Positions 57,972 to 64,000 of a DNA stretch of 64,000 nucleotides are shown here, piece by piece. Where the stretch lies: NCBI GenBank assembly GCA_041674765.1, contig JBAYVE010000001.1, positions 134,177 through 198,176 of the forward strand, given 5' to 3'. Position numbers and translations under genes: made by a program. Numbering within the stretch: position 1 is the first letter of the stretch; each line of letters begins with the position of its first letter. Below the pieces are notes generated by a model. That model had not been told where the DNA came from. It worked only from the letters and a program-made list of their open reading frames with translations, and made no database searches. The DNA comes from Patescibacteria group bacterium. Lineage in GTDB: Bacteria > Patescibacteriota > UBA1384 > XYA2-FULL-43-10 > 1-14-0-10-43-13.

Positions 57972-58242
57972 CAACAAGCTGAAGCTTGATCTCCGTTTTC
58001 ATCGTAGCCCAGCCTTTAGGCTGATGTCACAATCTAAAGATTGTACTTCCCTAACCGGGACCAACCTTTAGGCTGATTTTACAAATTGAAGCTTGTTATG
58101 TCAGAAACCCTGTAGCCCACCCTTTAGGCTGAACTAACAAACTAAAGTTTGTTCTACGATATAATTGTAGGTCACCCTTCAGGGTGTCGTTATCAAGCTA
58201 AAGCTTGCACTACTTTTTTCCGTAGCCCACCCTTCAGGGTGT
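57972..58242. repeat. GTAG-type REP array downstream of RAYT
   Basis: Units at about 58004, 58058, 58112, 58167 and 58222, alternating with CAARCTRAAGYTTG..CTAC partners. Confidence 0.88.
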
Positions 58243-58287
58243 GTCTTGAGACTTGAATTGATTAGCTATTCAGAATAAGATTTGAGT

Positions 58288-58695
58288 ATGATTGTTTACA
58301 AAACAAAATCTAAGAAACTTGGCGGTACTAGCTATAAAGAAGTTATCAAAAAAGCTAGAAAAGCCTATCACGAAATAGAAAAACGGTCAAAAAGAACCGC
58401 CCACCTTCGCTCTGTTTATTTTAAAAAAACAAATATTTTCATAAATCTATTTTGGGATCATCTAGACCAAAAATCGCCTAGAGATAGATTGAGAAGATTA
58501 AAACTTCTGCCTTGTGCTTATGAACTGATTGAAAATTCCGTTCACAAACCAACCTCGAAAATCAACCCAAACAATAAGAATGAAATCTTACATCGTTTCG
58601 GAGGAATTACTACAAATGATGAGTTGTTTTATGTTCAGATAAAAGAAAATAAAGCTGGCCGGAAGGATTTTATTTCAGTATTTCCTGAGGAATAA
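58288..58695 (+). CDS. Basic hypothetical protein, possibly a Barnase/EndoU/colicin/RelE-like RNase
   Basis: Leaderless ATG 6 nt after the -10. W.HL, RLRRL..L and FYVQIKE..FISVFP pattern. Fold call is tentative. Confidence 0.55.
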   Translation: MIVYKTKSKKLGGTSYKEVIKKARKAYHEIEKRSKRTAHLRSVYFKKTNIFINLFWDHLDQKSPRDRLRRLKLLPCAYELIENSVHKPTSKINPNNKNEILHRFGGITTNDELFYVQIKENKAGRKDFISVFPEE

Positions 58696-58744
58696 AAAAT
58701 CTCCCGCAAGTGAGGTATATAAACCTCGTGCCGGAGACATCTTG
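58694..58744 (-). ncRNA. Candidate ~50-nt antisense hairpin RNA
   Basis: Minus-strand TTGACA(58778)-N17-TATATT followed directly by TCTCCGGCAC-GAGGT-loop-ACCTC-ACTTGCGGGAGA-T6. Confidence 0.45.
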
Positions 58745-58834
58745 AATATAATATATAAAACCAGTAAATAAATGTCAATACCTCACAAAAATTTGGGCGT
58801 TGAATTGCTTATAAATTGAGAATAAGATTTTAGT

Positions 58835-59443
58835 ATGAATATGAATTGCATAATCATCCACGGTGGGCCTGGGGACGAGAAGCCAAGCATTGACCACAAG
58901 ATGGGCGAAATGCATTGGATGGGCTGGGCAAAAGAAAGACTAAATTCGTTGGGAATTGAAACCACCAATCCTGCTATGCCTGATCCGTGGAATCCTCGCT
59001 ACGAGGACTACAAAAAAGAATTCGAAAAATTTCTTGTCGACGAAAACACGATATTAATCGGCCATAGCCGTGGTTGTGCTTTTCTAGTTCATTGGCTTGG
59101 GGATTCAAAACAAAAGATTAAGAAATTAATATTGGTAGCTCCCTGGAAGGTTTCAGTAGATGATATCGGCGAGGAAAAGCTAAAGACAAAATTTTATGAT
59201 TTTAAAATTGACCCATCGATCAAAGACAGGGCTGGAGAAATAGTTTATTTCACTTCCAATGACGAAGATATCGAGGGTAAGGAAAGTCTAAAAATTTATC
59301 ACGATGCGATCGGTGGAAAAATAATTGAGCTGCCAAATCATGGCCACTATACCCTTGAAGATATGGGCACGGATGAATTTCCGGAGTTGATTGATGCGAC
59401 AAAAACTAATCGCCCCATGTGGTGGGGCGATTGCAAAAAATAA
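58835..59443 (+). CDS. RBBP9/YdeN alpha/beta hydrolase
   Basis: IIIHG, GHSRG (GxSxG), S.DE and GHY motifs. Confidence 0.92.
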   Translation: MNMNCIIIHGGPGDEKPSIDHKMGEMHWMGWAKERLNSLGIETTNPAMPDPWNPRYEDYKKEFEKFLVDENTILIGHSRGCAFLVHWLGDSKQKIKKLILVAPWKVSVDDIGEEKLKTKFYDFKIDPSIKDRAGEIVYFTSNDEDIEGKESLKIYHDAIGGKIIELPNHGHYTLEDMGTDEFPELIDATKTNRPMWWGDCKK

Positions 59444-59450
59444 GGAGATT

Positions 59451-60329
59451 ATGTCAGAAATATCAAAGGGTTGGGAGAATCAGGTTTATCGGCCGTATTC
59501 GGAACTAAAAGTTAGCAATCCTGAAGATCTGGATACTTGGGGCAATGCTTTCCGAGATGGAGAGCTTATAAATGCCTATACAGACGAGAGACTTATTGCT
59601 GATGTTTTTACAAAACCAATTTCTGCTGTTGAGTATTCTTCTGAGGAGCCCTTTTTGCTTGCCGATTTTGGCTCAGCTGAGGGTTATGTTGCTTATACAG
59701 TTTCGACTCAACTACAGAGTAATGGAATACAGGTCCAGCCAATCGGTCTAGATTCAAACTCAAAAAGTCTTGAATTGATGAAGCAAAGATTCCCATCGGT
59801 TAGAGGAATTGAAGCTGATTTATCAAATATTTCCTTAGATCAAAATTCGATTGATGCTGGGATTTTGCGTTTTACCTTGCCTTATTTTGGAGAAAAGGCA
59901 CAACCGTTGGTTCTTCAGCAAATTAATAGAGTATTAAAAAACGGTGGTCGAGTCGTTATTTCTCATGATGGAGCATACAGTGACGATCTAGGCAGCTCAT
60001 ACAATCAATTTTTTGCAGAGGCGACTGCAGCAGTAATGGATAAGCCCATCGAAGTAGTAAAAGCGAGCCGCCATTTTCCATCTTGCGAAGCTTTGCAAAG
60101 GATGGCCAATTTAACGGGATATAAGATAGCAGATGCTAGAGACTTAACAGAAGATGTTGTTAGTTTTTTGTCGCCAGAAGCTTATGCATCAAGGTTCAGT
60201 ATGACCGAGGCGCAGCAAGACAACCTTCATCAGGTTTTTGAAACATGGAAAAATCGAGGTGTCCTGCCCTTTGATCCGCAGACACTTAGGGTCCGCCGCC
60301 CAATGTATTCGTGTGTGCTAGATAAGTAG
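59451..60329 (+). CDS. Class I SAM-dependent methyltransferase
   Basis: LADFGSAEG, RVLKNGG motifs and AAGGAG RBS. Confidence 0.8.
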   Translation: MSEISKGWENQVYRPYSELKVSNPEDLDTWGNAFRDGELINAYTDERLIADVFTKPISAVEYSSEEPFLLADFGSAEGYVAYTVSTQLQSNGIQVQPIGLDSNSKSLELMKQRFPSVRGIEADLSNISLDQNSIDAGILRFTLPYFGEKAQPLVLQQINRVLKNGGRVVISHDGAYSDDLGSSYNQFFAEATAAVMDKPIEVVKASRHFPSCEALQRMANLTGYKIADARDLTEDVVSFLSPEAYASRFSMTEAQQDNLHQVFETWKNRGVLPFDPQTLRVRRPMYSCVLDK

Positions 60330-60477
60330 TTGAGAATGCGGAAGAAGTGTGCGGGAGCCTTTAATTTGGAAAAGCCAAATCCTCATTTTTATTAAATTGC
60401 TATTTGGAATAGAATTCTAGTCCTAGCTTGACACCTTCTTGAGTAGTCTAGGGTTGGTGTTGAATCTATGACGGTTG

Positions 60478-61665
60478 TTAAATAAAACAATCCCTTGAAT
60501 TTAAAATATTGTTTTCCTTGCATTTAAAACAATTATAGTTGCAATTTACTAATTCAATTCCTAAATCCTCAGAATTTAAAAGTATTCTCATCCCTTGTCT
60601 GAGTACTTTCTCTCTTTTTTCTGAAAATTCCGGTTCAAAACCGATTTTCGCCAACATTTTTTCATCAAGTAAATTCCAGCTATTTGGCACAAACTGATAA
60701 TTTTTACGCAAATCCTTTGATATTCTTTCTCTAGGAATTACTATTCCAACAGGATTAGTTTGCCCACAATATCGACATTCGGTTAGTAGTCTTACATCGT
60801 CTTTGAATTCCAAGCAATCTGTTGACTGAAACTCTTCTGTCGCCCAGTAGAACTTTAGTTCTCCAAACTGTGTTCTTATTTCATCAAATTTTTGCCCAAA
60901 AACTTGCGGAAATTTACGATTGATTATTTTTTCACATCTATCAATATCTGGATGACTATTAAGATAGGCGTCAGAAATCTTTTCAAGCATTTTAGGTGAG
61001 ATTGAATAAGGCATTGACCCCACGGCCCATATTCCAGAGGAATGCAGTATAACGAGACAAAAAATAGATCCGGCCTTACTATCAAAAGTCAATAAACAAG
61101 GCTGAGCATCAAAGCATCGTGAAGGGAAATTTTGTTGAAAGCTTACGCCGTATCCCCAAGGCACACTATTGCCGCCATTTAAGACAAAGTTGATTAAGTC
61201 ATGAAAATTCTCCTTGCAATAGGCAACGCCATGTTTGCAAGCTATCGAATTTACTAGACATTTATGTATCGCTCTTAAAAATTTTTCATTAGTGGTTAAA
61301 GTCACGGGATTGTTTAAGAAAAAGGTACCTCCATCTTTATTTAATCCGTTTTCATCAACTCTGGATACGGTCATTTCATCAATGCCTTGTAAAAAAATCT
61401 TATTCTTTTCTCTCTGTCTCTTTTCGTCGCCACCACCTTTTCTTTTCCCCCTAATTCTAGGATTTCGTTGGTAGGCAAGCATCATCATTGGATGACCGTT
61501 CCGTATCCAGACATCAAGTTTGCTGAATTTTTGATTGCAGTCATCGCAAACTAAACCCTTCTCCATCTTATCCTTGCCGCCGATACATTCAGGAATAATA
61601 TGTTCTTGCCCCTTGCAGTTAGAGGTATTATTATCGCACCATAAACAAATATTTTTCTTTTCCAT
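60478..61665 (-). CDS. HNH endonuclease-domain protein (HNH_5-like)
   Basis: CLWC..EHIIPECIGG..VCDDCN at the N terminus and additional C-terminal CxxC pairs. Confidence 0.85.
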   Translation of the reverse strand: MEKKNICLWCDNNTSNCKGQEHIIPECIGGKDKMEKGLVCDDCNQKFSKLDVWIRNGHPMMMLAYQRNPRIRGKRKGGGDEKRQREKNKIFLQGIDEMTVSRVDENGLNKDGGTFFLNNPVTLTTNEKFLRAIHKCLVNSIACKHGVAYCKENFHDLINFVLNGGNSVPWGYGVSFQQNFPSRCFDAQPCLLTFDSKAGSIFCLVILHSSGIWAVGSMPYSISPKMLEKISDAYLNSHPDIDRCEKIINRKFPQVFGQKFDEIRTQFGELKFYWATEEFQSTDCLEFKDDVRLLTECRYCGQTNPVGIVIPRERISKDLRKNYQFVPNSWNLLDEKMLAKIGFEPEFSEKREKVLRQGMRILLNSEDLGIELVNCNYNCFKCKENNILNSRDCFI

Positions 61666-61767
61666 TAACTGATTTTAGAACTGATTCCTCGCCAATACAA
61701 TCCTTTTATCAATTTTTTCGCCCTAAATTGTGGATTTCAGGGGACGCCTCCACAATTAAATACTGTT

Positions 61768-62007
61768 TTGGTGATAAGTAATTTTTTGAACCTCAATTCT
61801 TTTTGGCGTAGAATTAAGGAAATAATAAGTGGGAGAAATATGGTTATAGATATTGAACTAACTTTGAATAGATTAGGGCTGGGGAAAATTGCCGATAATA
61901 AATTCCAACTCTTTTGGCTGAGATTTTCTCATTGGGACATTCCCGGTAAATATTCTATTTCTTTTGAAATAAACTGGGTTAATAAAGAGAGGTGGAATAA
62001 AAAATAG
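61768..62007 (+). CDS. Small hypothetical protein
   Basis: Short ORF. ATG 61840 follows GGGAG and a TAGAAT box. Confidence 0.35.
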   Translation: MVISNFLNLNSFWRRIKEIISGRNMVIDIELTLNRLGLGKIADNKFQLFWLRFSHWDIPGKYSISFEINWVNKERWNKK

Positions 62008-62061
62008 TTCGCGAAACCAGTGACCTCTGACTAAGGAATGATTTTTATTATCTTTCAATTA

Positions 62062-62099
62062 TTTCGGGATATTTGAACGATCGTTCAAATATCCCGAAA
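62062..62099. repeat. Perfect 38-bp palindrome upstream of the PaaX-like gene
   Basis: TTTCGGGATATTTGAACGA-TCGTTCAAATATCCCGAAA. Confidence 0.9.
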
Positions 62100-62190
62100 A
62101 ATGATAAAATATATTCTGTAAGGTTGGTTTTAATTGCAGTTCAATTGTCACTTCATTCATTACAGACAAATAATAAGGAAGGGGGTAAGC

Positions 62191-62736
62191 ATGTATATCA
62201 GTTCAAAAAATTCTGGCAAGATCATGGGGTGGGCGGTCGAATCGGTCCTCGGATTGCTCTATGGCGCGACTATTGCAGTTGGCAAAAAGTTGGATCGAAA
62301 AGGCCTGACTCATTTTTTCAATGGCCACTATGCTGATGCGGGTATCGACAACGTCAAAATCTCTAAAATGGTCTATGATCTTAAGCGAAGTAACTATCTG
62401 GATTTCGATAACTCTGACTCCGTTGTCTTTACCAATAAAGCGAAAATGAAAATTATTGATAAGCTAACAGCTGATTTAAATATTACCAAAAAGTACCATC
62501 TGATTTCCTTTGACATTCCAGAGGCCAAAAGAGCGAATAGAAACCGTTTTCGCAGGGTGATCAAGCGAATGGGATTTAAACAAATTCAAAAAAGTTTATG
62601 GGTCAATACTAGAGATGTCGGCGAACTGGTGGAGGCCGCCGCGATCGAATATAATGTCAATCAATACGTCGCTTATTTCATTTCCGAGAAATCAAATATT
62701 GATCAATTTATTTCTAAAATTATAACCGAGCAATAA
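62191..62736 (+). CDS. PaaX-like regulator (wHTH plus Cas2-like ferredoxin domain)
   Basis: LISFDIPEAKRANRNRFR..IKRMGFKQIQKSLW motif. ATG follows GGAAGGGGG. Confidence 0.85.
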   Translation: MYISSKNSGKIMGWAVESVLGLLYGATIAVGKKLDRKGLTHFFNGHYADAGIDNVKISKMVYDLKRSNYLDFDNSDSVVFTNKAKMKIIDKLTADLNITKKYHLISFDIPEAKRANRNRFRRVIKRMGFKQIQKSLWVNTRDVGELVEAAAIEYNVNQYVAYFISEKSNIDQFISKIITEQ

Positions 62737-62777
62737 TTCGGGAAAATAGAACGATCGTTCATATATCACGAATTATT
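62732..62777. repeat. Imperfect second copy of the palindrome at the PaaX-like stop
   Basis: AATAATTCGGGAAAATAGAACGA-TCGTTCATATATCACGAATTATT. Confidence 0.85.
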
Positions 62778-62950
62778 AAGTTAAGACAGTTTTTTAAATG
62801 TTTTATTCAAGTTTGTTCCCAAGTTTGTTGCAGTTAGAATTCATCGGTGATTATTCAATTGCCGGCATTTTTGGCGTAGAATGAAGGAAATATCTTTTCG
62901 CTTTTCGAGCGACAGAGGGGACTCGGAATACTAAATATTAAAAAAATAGT

Positions 62951-63736
62951 TTGGGAGGGATGATGTGGATGTGGCCGAGAAACAAATCCTCAATAAAATG
63001 GATTTTAATAGGAACTTTGCTTTTACTTGCCATTGGACTGTTATTAGCATTATTTCTTAAACCGGAAAAAACCTCAGGAAATATTCCGCAGTTTATCCAA
63101 GCTGATTTCATCGATCTGGATAGAATCGCTACCATCTCCAAGTTCCGCTCAAATTCCGGCCATGATTTCTCGCAGGGCACAGGAGAGACTTGCCGGAGTA
63201 TGAAGCATTATTTTAATATCGCTTATTCCGATGAATCAGGGCGTGCATGGGCTGCCAACAACGGCGTACCACCTGCTCCGGACGGTAAAAACGATATAAA
63301 AATATACAGCCCCGTTGATGGTAAGATCGTCACAATTCAAAAAGAGCAATCCGTTGGAGAGCAGATTTACATCCGGCCGGATAGTAGCCCAGAGTACACG
63401 ATTCGGCTATTTCATGTTTATAAACAAGAAGGCATAAAAAAGGGCAAAAAGGTGAAGGCCGGCGAGCAAATCGGTGTGATTGGTCGGTATCAAAATACGG
63501 ATATTGCAATTCAAACAGGGGGCGGATTTAAATCAAATTTCATTTCCTATTTTCAAGCGATGCCTGATTCAATTTTTGCCAATTATATTGCACGCGGCGC
63601 AAAGAGCCGAGAGCAGTTTATGATTACAAAGGAATACCGTGATGCCCATCCTTTGGAATGCAACGGCGAACAATTTGACGGAAATTATGACAATCACCAG
63701 ACCGAAGAGAATTTTGTTTTCTTATCGTCAGAATAG
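62951..63736 (+). CDS. Exported protein with M23/LytM-like fold
   Basis: N-terminal TM, IYSPVDGKIV and KKGKKVKAGEQIG. Start is likely one of the ATGs near 62960-62969. Confidence 0.65.
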   Translation: MGGMMWMWPRNKSSIKWILIGTLLLLAIGLLLALFLKPEKTSGNIPQFIQADFIDLDRIATISKFRSNSGHDFSQGTGETCRSMKHYFNIAYSDESGRAWAANNGVPPAPDGKNDIKIYSPVDGKIVTIQKEQSVGEQIYIRPDSSPEYTIRLFHVYKQEGIKKGKKVKAGEQIGVIGRYQNTDIAIQTGGGFKSNFISYFQAMPDSIFANYIARGAKSREQFMITKEYRDAHPLECNGEQFDGNYDNHQTEENFVFLSSE

Positions 63737-63763
63737 CACTAATTAATCATAAGGAGTAAACCA

Positions 63764-64000
63764 ATGTGGAAGTGGCTTAAGTGGGTTCTTATTTCAGTCG
63801 GTATTTTGATCTTGGCGGGAGCAATTTTTCTTCTGCAACCGTGGGTGTTTTTGCCTCATAAACATATTGAGATCTCATTGCCTTTTTCGCCGGAGGTTGA
63901 TTCTTATACCGACTTTATCCCGATGGGAGAGATGCTTTATCATGATGCTTCAAACGGCAATCCAAACGGTCATCCCGGGATCGATTTTGGCTGGGAAAAA
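63764..64000 (+). CDS. Exported M23-like protein, truncated by window end
   Basis: AAGGAG RBS, signal/TM segment, GHPGIDFG (HxGxD). Confidence 0.65.
   Translation, partial: MWKWLKWVLISVGILILAGAIFLLQPWVFLPHKHIEISLPFSPEVDSYTDFIPMGEMLYHDASNGNPNGHPGIDFGWEK

Noticed and set aside
57171-58242. CRISPR array
   Set aside because: The repeats are degenerate, alternate in orientation, lack unique equal-length spacers and flank a RAYT. They are REPs.
62191-62736. cas2 of a CRISPR-Cas system
   Set aside because: It is a PaaX-type fusion with an N-terminal wHTH-like part. No cas1, other cas genes or array are in the window.

Overview
This AT-rich bacterial window looks like a Patescibacteria/CPR chromosome; that assignment is inferred from gene content and style and was not verified. 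It has two housekeeping blocks: lepB, rpsT, a sugar-nucleotide trio, a DHH phosphoesterase, rpsO, pnp, udg, rnj, ftsK, a RodZ-like gene, recA, recX and ppsA (1-24.8 kb), then alr, dnaG and rpoD (41-45.6 kb). Accessory regions contain an HD/HAD/MazG/Nudix/EamA nucleotide-handling cluster, tRNA-Ser(GGA) with an upstream GIY-YIG gene, a DrrAB-type ABC exporter, an ArsR module, a REP-flanked RAYT transposase, an HNH protein and a PaaX-like gene. There is no CRISPR array and no rRNA. The most unusual signals are: (1) a stand-alone, highly structured ~355-nt RNA with its own consensus promoter and terminator (51045-51400, minus); (2) a family of inverted-repeat elements built from 7- or 9-mer tandem units, which either carry a four-helix-bundle or GxxExxY gene or sit empty in leaders of essential genes, with the GxxExxY copy inserted precisely into an alr-dnaG TAATG overlap; (3) a tandem GIY-YIG/tRNA-Ser unit with a decayed second copy; (4) a possible nuclease gene facing a promoter-driven ~50-nt antisense hairpin RNA; (5) a kinase gene split at a canonical -1 slippery heptamer. 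All family assignments come from motif recognition by eye; no database searches were run.
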